Shown here: in pieces, positions 39,224-48,615 of the stretch | How the letters are laid out: each line of letters starts with the position of its first letter | Position numbering within the stretch: position 1 is the first letter of the stretch | DNA from: an uncultured Oscillospiraceae bacterium | Lineage (GTDB): Bacteria; Bacillota; Clostridia; Oscillospirales; Oscillospiraceae | Direction: 5' to 3' | NCBI GenBank assembly: GCA_910588495.1 | Contig: CAJUPU010000007.1 | Coordinates: 10,871-74,870, forward strand | Length of the DNA: 64,000 nucleotides | Position numbers and translations under genes: made by a program | Notes under the pieces: model-generated | What the model was told of the DNA's origin: nothing | Database searches by the model: none | What the model saw: the letters and a program-made list of their open reading frames with translations, nothing else

Positions 39224-39289
39224 AATATGATTTTAATAATCATATTCCATAGTTCCGATATTGACATCTCGGGCCAGACGTATTATACT
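39224..39289 (+). promoter_or_regulatory. sigmaA promoter with an upstream AT-rich inverted repeat (Fur-box-like)
   Basis: TTGACA-17-TATACT (39261-39289). AATATGATT-N5-AATCATATT at 39224-39246. Confidence 0.6.
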
Positions 39290-39315
39290 AACAGGTAAGA
39301 AAGGCGGTGTTCTGA

Positions 39316-40041
39316 ATGGAGCAGGCATTATATCGCGATCCCTATGACCATCTCTCCCCGCGCAGGGCGCGTCCGGTGGAAAAGGGACGGGACCCATACG
39401 ACGGTCTGCGGCCCTGGTCGGCCATCACCCATGGCGTGGGGGCAGCGCTGGGGATGGCCGCCACCGTGGCGCTGGTGATGGGGGCGGCTCGGCTGGGCGA
39501 TGTGTGGAAGATCGTTTCCTTCGCCGTCTACGGCCTGTCCATGGTGGGGCTGTATACCGCGTCCACCCTCTATCACTGCGTCAACACCACCGTCAACGGC
39601 CGGGTGGCCCTGCGCAAGGTGGACCACACCTCGATCTATTTCCTCATCGCCGGGTCCTACACCCCGGTCTGTCTCACCGCCCTGCGGGGGGGCTGGGGCT
39701 GGTCGCTGTTCGGCGTGATCTGGGCGCTGGCCATCGCCGGGCTGGTGATGAGTCTCACCTGGATCGACTGTCCCCGGGTGGTCACCTCCACCATCTATAT
39801 CGCCATGGGCTGGCTGGCCATCTTCGCCATCTACCCGCTGTGGCAGGTGCTGGGGCTGCGGGGGGTGGCCTGGCTGCTGGCGGGAGGCGTGCTGTACACC
39901 GTGGGCGGCGTGCTCTACGCCCTGAAGTGGCCGGGGCGGGACAATCCCCGGTTCGGGTGCCACGAGGTGTTCCACGTGTTCATCCTGCTGGGCTCCATCG
40001 CCCATTTCGTTATGATGTATCGGGTGCTGTTGCCGCTGTGA
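39316..40041 (+). CDS. Hemolysin III / PAQR-family membrane protein
   Basis: SAITHG, STLYH, DHTSIYFLIAGSYTP and HEVFHVF...H. Confidence 0.92.
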   Translation: MEQALYRDPYDHLSPRRARPVEKGRDPYDGLRPWSAITHGVGAALGMAATVALVMGAARLGDVWKIVSFAVYGLSMVGLYTASTLYHCVNTTVNGRVALRKVDHTSIYFLIAGSYTPVCLTALRGGWGWSLFGVIWALAIAGLVMSLTWIDCPRVVTSTIYIAMGWLAIFAIYPLWQVLGLRGVAWLLAGGVLYTVGGVLYALKWPGRDNPRFGCHEVFHVFILLGSIAHFVMMYRVLLPL

Positions 40042-40061
40042 CCCGCTCTCCCTTGAACAGA

Positions 40062-40099
40062 AGAGCCCCGCCCAGGTTTGTTGGCCCGGGCGGGGCTCT
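40062..40099. terminator. Hairpin between convergent genes
   Basis: AGAGCCCCGCCC...GGGCGGGGCTCT. Confidence 0.6.
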
Positions 40100-40108
40100 C
40101 GCGGCTCG

Positions 40109-41230
40109 TCACAGGTCCAGCCGCATATAGATCGAGGACTCCAGCGGGCTGTCGTTATAGCGCTCGACCTGATAGAATCCGCGTTTTTCGTATAGATGGA
40201 GCGCGCCCTCCAGAAACGGGAGGGTGTCCAGCAGCATGTGGGAATACCCGATCTCCTTGGCGTCCTCTATGACCTTCTCCATCAGCTGCGCTCCAATTTT
40301 TTTGCCCCGGAACTCCGGCCTGACATAGAGGCGCTTCATCTCGCAGCGTTCCCCGTCCAGCCTGCGCAGGCCGATACACCCCGCCGGGGCGCCCTCCCAA
40401 TAGGCCAGATACAGCCGTCCGTCCGGCCCCCCGTATTTTGACTCCAGATGGTCCAGCTCCTCCTCATAGCGCTGGATGTCCAGATACGTTCGAAATCCGC
40501 TGTCCCCAGCGCTCAACATATCCGTATACTCCCGGAACAGCGCGGCCACGTCCCTCCGGTGGACATATGCCGGGACGATCTCCAGCTCGGGCAGGGCCTC
40601 CATGGTGCCCACACAGCGGTTGATGGGGGTGCCCATGGCGTGGAACTTCTCCTCATAGTCGGTCATGACCCCCTGGACACCGTGCGCATGGAGGTCCCGG
40701 GTCACCTCGGACAGGGCGAAGCCCACCTTGGGGAACTGGAAGAGAGACCACTCGAACAGGTCGTGGTTGTCCGTCTTGAAATGGATCTGCCCCCCCTCCT
40801 TGAGGACCCGGCGGTAGCCCCGGAGGAGATCCACATGGGTCAGGCGGCGGCGGGAGTGCTTCACCGACGGCCAGGGATCGCAGAAGTTGATGTAGATGAG
40901 GTCCACCTCGCCCGGGGCGAAATACCGGTCCAGGGCGGCGGCGTCGCCGTCGATGAAGAACACGTTGGTCAGGCCCAGCGCCCGGCACCGCTCCATGGCG
41001 ATGACCATGGCGTCGGGCACCCGCTCCACCGCCACATATAAATCGTCCGGGTGGGCGGCGGCGGTCTCGGCGGTGAACCGGCCCTTGCCGCAGCCCAGCT
41101 CCAGCCGGAGGCGGACGGCGCCCGGCTTTCGCTCCCGCCAGCGGCCCCGTTCCATGGCCGGGTCCCGCACCAGCAGCGCCCCGCAGGCGTCCATCCGGGG
41201 GAGCAGATTTTTCTTCTTTCGCATCCGCAT
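40109..41230 (-). CDS. trmB: tRNA (guanine-N7)-methyltransferase fused to a C-terminal GNAT acetyltransferase
   Basis: ELGCGKG, NFCDPW, FKTDN and MTDYEEKF, followed by CEMKRLYVRPEFRGKKIG...LYEKRGF. Confidence 0.88.
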   Translation of the reverse strand: MRMRKKKNLLPRMDACGALLVRDPAMERGRWRERKPGAVRLRLELGCGKGRFTAETAAAHPDDLYVAVERVPDAMVIAMERCRALGLTNVFFIDGDAAALDRYFAPGEVDLIYINFCDPWPSVKHSRRRLTHVDLLRGYRRVLKEGGQIHFKTDNHDLFEWSLFQFPKVGFALSEVTRDLHAHGVQGVMTDYEEKFHAMGTPINRCVGTMEALPELEIVPAYVHRRDVAALFREYTDMLSAGDSGFRTYLDIQRYEEELDHLESKYGGPDGRLYLAYWEGAPAGCIGLRRLDGERCEMKRLYVRPEFRGKKIGAQLMEKVIEDAKEIGYSHMLLDTLPFLEGALHLYEKRGFYQVERYNDSPLESSIYMRLDL

Positions 41231-41275
41231 AGCGTCCACCTCATTTGTTTTTCCCGGGTATCATACCATACCCTC

Positions 41276-41304
41276 TTGCAAAGCGCAAGGAAATCAGGTA
41301 TAAT
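41276..41304 (+). promoter_or_regulatory. sigmaA promoter for tRNA-Pro
   Basis: TTGCAA-17-TATAAT. Confidence 0.75.
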
Positions 41305-41316
41305 AGTTAAGCTTGC

Positions 41317-41337
41317 AGCGCGCCTGCTTTGGGAGCA
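41317..41337 (+). repeat. 21-bp exact copy of the tRNA-Pro anticodon arm
   Basis: AGCGCGCCTGCTTTGGGAGCA is identical to 41550-41570. Confidence 0.85.
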
Positions 41338-41346
41338 CGGGCGGGT

Positions 41347-41513
41347 CTAGGCGCTGTTTGAAAATTGGAAATATGCCCGGCGGCGAGATATTTTTCGCTA
41401 GGCGAAGCCAATTTGACGCAGGAATACTTGGTGTATTCCAAGGAAAATTGGCAAAGCATGGCGGAAAAAGAGCCGTCGTTTAGGTATGCTAACAATTTTC
41501 GAACGAACCCTAG
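41347..41513. mobile_element. MITE-like element bounded by CTAG with imperfect terminal inverted repeats
   Basis: CTAGGcgctGTTTGAAAATTG...CAATTTTCGAACgaacCCTAG. Its internal core matches the element at 3157-3318. Confidence 0.55.
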
Positions 41514-41529
41514 GCAAAAAATTTCATAT

Positions 41530-41605
<76 letters not shown>

Positions 41606-41835
41606 AAAGAACCGAACAGTTTAGATGCCGCAGGCTGAACGCCTACGGCATCAACTGTTTCCGGGATTTTCACCCTCTCAAATTTCACAAGACGAACGAC
41701 AGATGCCAACAAGCCATTTTGAGCGTCTGGCGGTATTTGAACCCGCACACCAAGGATACCAAAAAGGGCGCTGAACTCAATCGGACTGTAACTTGAATAT
41801 CAGTCAAAGATTTATTATTCAAAAAATGTATCGTT

Positions 41836-41879
41836 TTAGGGTAGCGCCCTTTTTCATTTGAAAAAGGGCGCTACCCTAA
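41836..41879. repeat. 21-bp perfect inverted repeat
   Basis: TTAGGGTAGCGCCCTTTTTCA-TT-TGAAAAAGGGCGCTACCCTAA. Confidence 0.85.
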
Positions 41880-41899
41880 GCAACAACTGTACCCAACAG

Positions 41900-41940
41900 G
41901 GCCGTGATTCTTCACTGAAGGATCACGGCCTTTTTATTTT
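41900..41940 (+). terminator. Terminator-like hairpin directly upstream of the first island gene
   Basis: GGCCGTGATTCTTCA-C-TGAAGGATCACGGCC-TTTTTATTTT. Confidence 0.7.
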
Positions 41941-41960
41941 CTCGAAAGGATGTGTCGAAC

Positions 41961-43040
41961 ATGATCTTCAAAGCAGTTATCAGCAGCAAGACCGAACCCG
42001 AACTGGGTCAGGCCACCATCCCCTTCCCCATCCCGGACAGCGAATACGACCACACCATCGGCCTGCTGGAGGACATGGGCATCGGCTCCCCCACCGCCCA
42101 AGACTGCCGGGTGGACGGGCTGGACAGCACGTACCCCATCCTCAACCGGCTGGTGGCCCAGAGCGTCAATGTGGACGAGCTGGACTATCTGGCCAAACGG
42201 CTGGACAGCTTCTGCCAAGATGAGAACGAAAAATTTCAGGCCATGGCCTCCAAGCTGAACCTGTCCAGTATCAAGGACTTTATCAACCTCACCTTCTGCT
42301 GCCAGCAGGCCACGGTGATCACTGATTTCTCTAACCTGGAGCAGACGGGCAAAGGCCACGCTCTGACCGTCAACGGCGGTTCTATGCCGGTAGAGGAGTT
42401 CGACAAAGTGGATGGCCAAGCGGTAGCCCTCGACCTGATCCAGAGCGGCGCCGGGGTGGTCACCCCGTATGGCGTCGTGTATGACAACGGCATGAAGCTG
42501 GAGCAGCTTTACGACGGGCGACACTTCCCGGCATACCTCTACCAAATGCCCGAGCTGATGATCGAGATCAAGTCCGAGGAGGATGGTGAGGCCACCGGGT
42601 ATCTCTATCTTCCATCTTCGGATCGGCAGATCCAGAGGACTCTGATGCGGGCGGGGAGCGGTCCGGAGGGCTTTCGGATGGAAATCGCTATGGACGAGCT
42701 GCCCCCGCAGGTGTCCAACATGGTCAGTCCCACCCGCGACGGCCTGGATGACCTCAACGCGCTGTGCCGGGCTGTCGAACCGCTGAGTGCGGAGGAGCGG
42801 AAGAAACTGGAGGCGGTGGTGCTGTTGGCCCAGCCCAAATACGCCGACGAAGTGCGCCAGCTGGCGGAAAACCTGGATCAGTTCGACTTCGTGCCCAAAT
42901 CGGACAGGCCGGAGGCGGACAGCGCCCTCACCGAGCTGGGCTATGTGTCCTACCACGGCAGCCTGACACTGGATGAGCTGATGATGGAGGATCCCACGGA
43001 GCGGCACCAGCGGGAGCAAGAGATGGGGGGTATGGCGTAA
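41961..43040 (+). CDS. Acidic ArdA-like (antirestriction-type) protein, two modules
   Basis: DELDYLAKRL...EKFQAM...TPYGVV, then a second module DDLNALCR...KKLEAV. Ends QEMGGMA. Confidence 0.6.
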   Translation: MIFKAVISSKTEPELGQATIPFPIPDSEYDHTIGLLEDMGIGSPTAQDCRVDGLDSTYPILNRLVAQSVNVDELDYLAKRLDSFCQDENEKFQAMASKLNLSSIKDFINLTFCCQQATVITDFSNLEQTGKGHALTVNGGSMPVEEFDKVDGQAVALDLIQSGAGVVTPYGVVYDNGMKLEQLYDGRHFPAYLYQMPELMIEIKSEEDGEATGYLYLPSSDRQIQRTLMRAGSGPEGFRMEIAMDELPPQVSNMVSPTRDGLDDLNALCRAVEPLSAEERKKLEAVVLLAQPKYADEVRQLAENLDQFDFVPKSDRPEADSALTELGYVSYHGSLTLDELMMEDPTERHQREQEMGGMA

Positions 43041-44143
43041 TGGATATTTTCGTTTCCAAGGGAGAGCATGATCACGAAGTCTGCATCCGGCTTCCCGCCG
43101 CCCCTGACATGATCTGGCCCATGCTCACCGAATTGGACCGCTGCAGCGTAAGCGGCGGCCCTGCCAAGATCACAGGCACCTCCCTGTTCTTGAACCTCGC
43201 CCAGTATATCAGCGGCGCGGATTTGGAGGAGGAAGCCGACATTCGGAGGCTGAACGTATTGGCAGGAATGGTGGACGGCATGAGCGTCAAGGACCAGCAG
43301 CTTCTTTCCGGCGCACTGGATGCCGAGAGCGTCAACGGGTTAGACGATGTCCTACGCGTTGTCTACAGCCTGGGCCAATACGAGTTCATTGAGGGCGTCA
43401 CCACAGATAAGGAGCTGGGCGGCTGGCTGGTGGAGCATGGGCTGGCAGAAGTTGATTTTCCCAAGGATACCTGGCCCTACCTGGACTACGCCGGGATCGG
43501 CAGGTCATACTACGCCGACCACGGCGGAGCGTACACACCCAGCGGCTACGTGAAGCGCCGGGAGGCTGTTCAGATGCAGGCGGAGGAAACCCGCCCCACC
43601 TTCGCCCTCACCCTGGTCTCCCCCACCAGCACCTGCCGTCTGGGGCTGCCCGCCGCGGATGACGAACTGGAGCAGGCAAAAAGGGCGCTGCGGCTGGATG
43701 ATCTGGGCAGCGCCGTCATCAAAAACGTAGAGATCGACTATCCATGGGCGCATCTGCTTGATATGGATTCCATTACGCTGCAAGACGCCCACATCTTGGC
43801 CAAATGCGTCCAGGAGATGACAGCACAGGAGCTGAGGGTGTTCGGCGCGGTCTTGGAGGCAGAGCAGCCCAGCTCCTTCTCTGATGCCAACCTCACCGCA
43901 ATGTATCTTGACGATTATGAACTGGTGGAGGACAGCGAGAGGGAATATGGCCGGGAGGCCCTGCGCAAAGCTGGTGCGGATGACGAGATCCTGGATATGC
44001 TGGACGGTTTCACCGATTTCGACGCCCTGGGCCGGTCTGAGATGGAAGCGGACGGAGTGCGGGAAACCAGCTTCGGCCATGTGCGCCGCCTCAGCGCCCC
44101 CTGGCCCGAGCATGGGCCGGAGATGGGCCAGACGATGGGATAA
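43040..44143 (+). CDS. Acidic ArdA-like protein, two modules
   Basis: PYLDYAGIGR...YTPSGYV and TDFDALGR...TSFGHV. Ends GPEMGQTMG. Confidence 0.65.
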   Translation: MDIFVSKGEHDHEVCIRLPAAPDMIWPMLTELDRCSVSGGPAKITGTSLFLNLAQYISGADLEEEADIRRLNVLAGMVDGMSVKDQQLLSGALDAESVNGLDDVLRVVYSLGQYEFIEGVTTDKELGGWLVEHGLAEVDFPKDTWPYLDYAGIGRSYYADHGGAYTPSGYVKRREAVQMQAEETRPTFALTLVSPTSTCRLGLPAADDELEQAKRALRLDDLGSAVIKNVEIDYPWAHLLDMDSITLQDAHILAKCVQEMTAQELRVFGAVLEAEQPSSFSDANLTAMYLDDYELVEDSEREYGREALRKAGADDEILDMLDGFTDFDALGRSEMEADGVRETSFGHVRRLSAPWPEHGPEMGQTMG

Positions 44144-44210
44144 TGTCAGTAGACTTTCCCGCAAAAGTGTGGTAGTTGTTGTGTCAAACGAATCGAAGGG
44201 AGAATACACA

Positions 44211-45008
44211 ATGGCAGTGAATATTTTCAAGGACAAGCTGCGGCACGCCCAGTTGTTCGGCAAGCCCGTGCTTGCTGCCGATCAGCCGATCCCCCGGGAA
44301 ACAGTGCCGGACGGGTGGTATTGCTACGATATGCGGGGGACGGGCAGTGACCCCGCCGCCCACGCCGAGCTGGTGGACTACACCAGCTATTACCACAGCG
44401 GCACCGTCCTCTCCCCCAAGCCGCTGAAGCGGCCCACCACCAAAGCCAGACGGATCGGGAAGGGGGACTATTTCCTCCACGGGGAGGAGATGGATCTGGA
44501 AGCCTTCTGCGATGAGTATGGCCTGGACGTCCCGGACGACCCAATCAAATTTGAGATGCGTCCCGCTTCGCCCGATGAAGCGGGACTTTTTTACGCCCTG
44601 CCCGCTGAAAAGGATGAGGAGCTGGGTGCTATTGGCCACGTCCGCATCGACTTCGGGCGTGACGGGGACGAGTTCTGGCATACCTGGTGGCCGCGTGGCC
44701 CCGAGGGGCTGAACACCCCGGAGTTCAAGGAGGAACTGGGCCAGATCATGGGCCAGCTGCGCCGGAGCGTGCTGAAGGATTTTTCCACCATGTTCCGCCT
44801 GTGCCATATCGGCGGCGGAGAAATCGGCGGCACCGCGGCCCGGAACTACGGCTTCGTGCTGGAAACGGAGCGGTACCGCTACTGCCTGCGCTGCAACCCG
44901 GTGCGCGGGGACTACCAAGCCTATCTGACCTGCTTCGACCTGCGCCAGCAGGAACTGAACCAGGTTCGGGAGCAGGACAGCGGCCCGGTGCTGGGCGGCA
45001 TGGGCTGA
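44211..45008 (+). CDS. LPD28-like domain protein (polyvalent-protein-associated)
   Basis: LFGKPVL...IPRETVPDGWYCYDMRG...HSGTVLSPKPL. Ends GPVLGGMG. Confidence 0.6.
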   Translation: MAVNIFKDKLRHAQLFGKPVLAADQPIPRETVPDGWYCYDMRGTGSDPAAHAELVDYTSYYHSGTVLSPKPLKRPTTKARRIGKGDYFLHGEEMDLEAFCDEYGLDVPDDPIKFEMRPASPDEAGLFYALPAEKDEELGAIGHVRIDFGRDGDEFWHTWWPRGPEGLNTPEFKEELGQIMGQLRRSVLKDFSTMFRLCHIGGGEIGGTAARNYGFVLETERYRYCLRCNPVRGDYQAYLTCFDLRQQELNQVREQDSGPVLGGMG

Positions 45009-45038
45009 ACCGATACATAAAAAAGGAGGTTTTGCAAT

Positions 45039-45764
45039 ATGAGCGACAAATTTTTCCCTGAACTGGCCCGCCGCCTGAAGCGGGAGGGCATCTCCACCGG
45101 GCCGGTGGAGCAGGAGCGTCTGCCGGTGCTGCTGGATGGACAAGAGGTCATGGCGGTGGCCCCGGGCGGGACGATTTTCCTCATGCCTGAGACAGCGGAC
45201 ACCCGGCCGGTGGTGGACGTCTATGGCACAGTGGCGGGGATCAGCGCCCAGGTTCACGAGTACACGGAAGCCATGGCTGCCGCCCCGCCGCTGGCAGCGG
45301 AGGGGCTCCACGAGGGGTTCCGGCTGCTGGCGGATTTCAACGGTGTGGTTCTCGCCGGACAGGAGCTGGATCAGGGCTGGGGGTACAAGTTCGTCACCTG
45401 GGCGCGCAGCCCGGATCGTACCGCCGTGGCCCATGGCCACTACTATGACGGCGGTGACAGCTATGAGGCCGCCAAGCTGGACTTCGCCTGCCGCGCCGGG
45501 CTGGTGGACGACCACCGCCAGTTCACCGATGAGCAGCTCACCGAGGTGTACCGCTGCATCGCGGAAATCTTGGACAGCGGTTACCCCATCACCAGGGAAC
45601 GGGAGAAAACGCTGACAACCACCATGGAGCAGATTTCCGCCAGCGTGGACAATTTGGACGAGCGCGTCAGCCTGTCCAACCAGCGGGAACTGGAGGCGAT
45701 GGAGCAGCACGGGCCGGAGATGCCGGAGGACATTCACAACCAAGGAGGTATGCGCTTTGAATAA
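45039..45764 (+). CDS. Conserved ICE-type hypothetical protein
   Basis: AAGGAGG RBS; LLADFNGVVLAG...FVTW...GHYY...AKLDFACRAGL. Ends QGGMRFE. Confidence 0.75.
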   Translation: MSDKFFPELARRLKREGISTGPVEQERLPVLLDGQEVMAVAPGGTIFLMPETADTRPVVDVYGTVAGISAQVHEYTEAMAAAPPLAAEGLHEGFRLLADFNGVVLAGQELDQGWGYKFVTWARSPDRTAVAHGHYYDGGDSYEAAKLDFACRAGLVDDHRQFTDEQLTEVYRCIAEILDSGYPITREREKTLTTTMEQISASVDNLDERVSLSNQRELEAMEQHGPEMPEDIHNQGGMRFE

Positions 45765-46305
45765 CACAGAAAAAACGGCAGCGACCCCGCAGGGGGCCGG
45801 AAAATCCTATACGGTAGAGGAGCTTCTCACCCTGATGGGGCCTGAATTTCAGAGACAGAAGGACGTCATGCGCCAGTGCATCGCCGGTCTCACGGAATAC
45901 GCCGCCCAACTGGCAGTACGGGGCCACGAGGATCAACTCCCCCGGCTCCGTATGGTCTGCATCGAGATGGCGGAGTTTTGGGGGCTGGCTGAGGATGATA
46001 CGCCGGAAGGCGCTCGGAACATGGCGGAGCAGTACGGCAGCGCCTTCGACCACGCGGTGTCAACCGCCCGAGGCACCGGCTGTGCGCCAGGCCTGGGTGA
46101 GCAGGCTGTACAAAACACCCTCGCAGGTTTGGAACTCTACGCCCGGGAGCTGCGGGCCAACGATGAGGGGCTGGAGGATTGGGCTGTGGAGTGCGAGATC
46201 CTCGCGGACGATCTGGAGGAATTTGCGGCACGGTCCGGGCCGGAGGAGCTGGAAGCGGCGGAGCAGCAGGCGGACAGCGGGCCGGGAATGGGGATGTCGC
46301 CGTGA
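45757..46305 (+). CDS. Acidic hypothetical protein with an internal helical duplication
   Basis: TTG start after AAGGAGG; IAGLTEYA and LAGLELYA repeat. Ends GPGMGMSP. Confidence 0.7.
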   Translation: MNNTEKTAATPQGAGKSYTVEELLTLMGPEFQRQKDVMRQCIAGLTEYAAQLAVRGHEDQLPRLRMVCIEMAEFWGLAEDDTPEGARNMAEQYGSAFDHAVSTARGTGCAPGLGEQAVQNTLAGLELYARELRANDEGLEDWAVECEILADDLEEFAARSGPEELEAAEQQADSGPGMGMSP

Positions 46306-46526
46306 GAGTTCGATACAAACATAACCGGGAGCCGCAGTTCTATGAGTCCATGTGCCTGACCACTACGCCCCACGAGCCGCTCCCCGCCGTCACCGGGCCG
46401 CAGAGCCATTGCGCGGGCTGTCCCTACCCCGGCCATGGCTTCGTGTGCGGCAACGGCGAAACGTGCCTGCGCACCGAGATGGCCCGGATCATGGAGCGGG
46501 ACAAGTCTGTTGCTTCTGCCGGGTAG
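46302..46526 (+). CDS. Small Cys-rich protein (possible Zn-binding)
   Basis: GTG overlaps the upstream stop; HCAGCPY...FVC...TCLRT. Confidence 0.5.
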   Translation: MRVRYKHNREPQFYESMCLTTTPHEPLPAVTGPQSHCAGCPYPGHGFVCGNGETCLRTEMARIMERDKSVASAG

Positions 46527-46641
46527 CTTTTGGAGGGGATCTGTGGTAATGTCGCTGTTAATGCTGGTGAAGGGAGGTGAGCCTGTGGGTAAGCGAGGTC
46601 AGAAATTTCAAGTGAATACGTTCCGGCGCAAACAGTGTTTG

Positions 46642-46673
46642 GCCCCGTTCCATCCAAGGGACGGGGCTTTTTT
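46642..46673 (+). terminator. Terminator-like hairpin upstream of the second gene block
   Basis: GCCCCGTTCC-loop-GGGACGGGGC-TTTTTT. Confidence 0.7.
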
Positions 46674-46721
46674 CATGTCCAGCCGGAGGAAATTCCGGTG
46701 CAAAAATCATAACAGGAAAGG

Positions 46722-47477
46722 ATGAAAACCATGAGCATCCAAAAGGAATGGCTGGACTTTCTGCGGGAGCAGTACCCCGTGGGCAGCCGGGTCAAGCTCC
46801 GGGAGATGGGCTCGGACGACCCGTGCCCCATCCAGCCGGGATCTATGGGCACGCTCCAGTACATCGACGATATGGGGACCGTTTTCGTGGCCTGGGACAA
46901 CGGGCGCGGTCTGGGCCTGGTGATGGGCCAGGACTCCTTCACCGTCCTGCCGCCGCCCCCTCAGTTGCTGAAGCTCTATATGCCGCTCACCGCCGACCTG
47001 TTCGAGCCGGACGAATACGGGGATATGGGCGAGGAGAGCGAGCTGCTGGACGGGCGGGAGCTGCTGGAGTACGAGGATCAGATCATGGCGGCGCTGATCC
47101 GCAACCGTATGCCCGAGGAGGCGGAGCGGGGCATCATGCACTGGTATCATGAAAATGACGCCATGGCCGACAAGGTGCACTCAGTGGTGTTCGGCCTGGA
47201 ACGGCGGGATGGCCAGCTCTGGGGCGTAGCCGAGTGCCAGGTGCAGGGTGAGCTGACCGCCGGGGAGCTGAACCGGCTGAAAGACTATGTTGCTGGCCAA
47301 GCCTCGGACGGATGGGGCGAGGGCTTTGAACAGCGGGAGCTTGACGCTGGTGACGGCGCGGAGCTGTACGTCCATCTCTGGAATTCGGACGTGTGGAGCA
47401 TCCAGACGGAACAGGAGCGGTTCGGGCCGGAGCAGACCGCCGCCCAGCCCCAGATAGGGGGGATGGATTTTGCGTAA
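46722..47477 (+). CDS. DUF4314-domain protein
   Basis: [13 protein letters not shown]...[38 protein letters not shown]. Ends QIGGMDFA. Confidence 0.75.
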   Translation: MKTMSIQKEWLDFLREQYPVGSRVKLREMGSDDPCPIQPGSMGTLQYIDDMGTVFVAWDNGRGLGLVMGQDSFTVLPPPPQLLKLYMPLTADLFEPDEYGDMGEESELLDGRELLEYEDQIMAALIRNRMPEEAERGIMHWYHENDAMADKVHSVVFGLERRDGQLWGVAECQVQGELTAGELNRLKDYVAGQASDGWGEGFEQRELDAGDGAELYVHLWNSDVWSIQTEQERFGPEQTAAQPQIGGMDFA

Positions 47478-48582
47478 GATATTTGAGGTGGAACTGGACG
47501 GCCACAACGGTGTCTACACAAAGCTCACTCTCCCCGCCACCCCCTGTGCTATGCTGGACGCGCTGGAAAAGCTGTGGTTAGCGGAGGGGGAAGCGCCCGG
47601 GTGGGAAATCCTCCAGTCCGACGCCTTCCCCGGCGTATTGATGTATCTGGATCAGAAAGGCACCCTGCCCGAACTGAATGCCCTGGCCCAACGGTTTGCG
47701 GCACTGGACGAACAAGAGCTTGCCATCGTGGAAGGGCTGGCGATCATGGAGCGGGAACAGTCTGAAAAATCGCGCATCCCCCTGCCCCGGCTGATCGACC
47801 TGGCCTCCAGCACAAATTGCTGCCACCTGGTAGAAGGGGTGGTGACCGACGCCCAACTGGGCCGGTTCTGCGCGGAGAACGGCTTTGTCCCGGAAGCTGA
47901 CGATCTCTCTGACGCTGCGTTCGCGCTGCTGGACTTTGAGCGGATCGGCAAACAGTTCCGTCAGGCGGAGGGCGGCGTGTTCACCCGCGGCGGTTATGTC
48001 CAGCGGCACGATGAATTGAAGCAAGTGTACCAAACCCTGGATATCACCATCAAAAAGCCGGACTATGCTATCCTGGCGGAGCTGCCGGACGGCAGCCGAG
48101 TCAAGCTCCCCACCCCGCTGGGCGAAACCGTGGTGGAGCAACCCGCCCGGTGTGTGGACTGCGCCGCCCCCGCCCTCAACGGCCACACCGCCATGCGCTC
48201 CACCCTGGATCTGCTGGCCTCCCGTCTGGAGGAGCTGGAGGTGGATGGCGAGATACCCAAATACAAGGCGGTGCTGGCCGCCACCGGCTGCGATGACATC
48301 GCCCAGGCGCTGACGCTGGCGGACGAACTGGATCAGTACATCTTCGACCCGGATCTGCTGGAGCCAGACGAGGTGGCCGGGGTCAAGCTGGATCAGCTTC
48401 TGGGTGACGATATGGTCAAGCTGCTGCTGCCCCATGTGCAGCTATGCGCCTTCGGCAGCGCACTTATCCAAGCCAGCGGCGGAAAGCTCACTGCCTACGG
48501 GCTGGTCGAGCGCGCCGATAGTCATCCCGTCCAGGGTATGGATCAGGAACAGACGCGGGCAGAGGGGATGAGCTTTGCCTAA
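47470..48582 (+). CDS. Acidic ArdA-like protein, two modules
   Basis: ELNALAQR...DAQLGRF...LDFERIG...GVFTRGGYV and LTAYGLV. Ends AEGMSFA. Confidence 0.62.
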   Translation: MRKIFEVELDGHNGVYTKLTLPATPCAMLDALEKLWLAEGEAPGWEILQSDAFPGVLMYLDQKGTLPELNALAQRFAALDEQELAIVEGLAIMEREQSEKSRIPLPRLIDLASSTNCCHLVEGVVTDAQLGRFCAENGFVPEADDLSDAAFALLDFERIGKQFRQAEGGVFTRGGYVQRHDELKQVYQTLDITIKKPDYAILAELPDGSRVKLPTPLGETVVEQPARCVDCAAPALNGHTAMRSTLDLLASRLEELEVDGEIPKYKAVLAATGCDDIAQALTLADELDQYIFDPDLLEPDEVAGVKLDQLLGDDMVKLLLPHVQLCAFGSALIQASGGKLTAYGLVERADSHPVQGMDQEQTRAEGMSFA

Positions 48583-48615
48583 CGCGGCCTGCATCAAAAA
48601 AGGAGGGGGTCTGGA

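Noticed and set aside
22..40000. Many long ORFs antisense to or overlapping real genes (e.g. 22-1518, 3226-6096, 14918-16969, 35253-37796)
   Set aside because: Shadow frames expected in high-GC coding DNA; they have no motifs or RBS, and the opposite strand carries recognisable genes.
41722..41752. Second tRNA on the minus strand (GCGGGTTCAAATACCGC resembles a T-arm)
   Set aside because: No acceptor, D or anticodon arms can be built; at most an att-like remnant.
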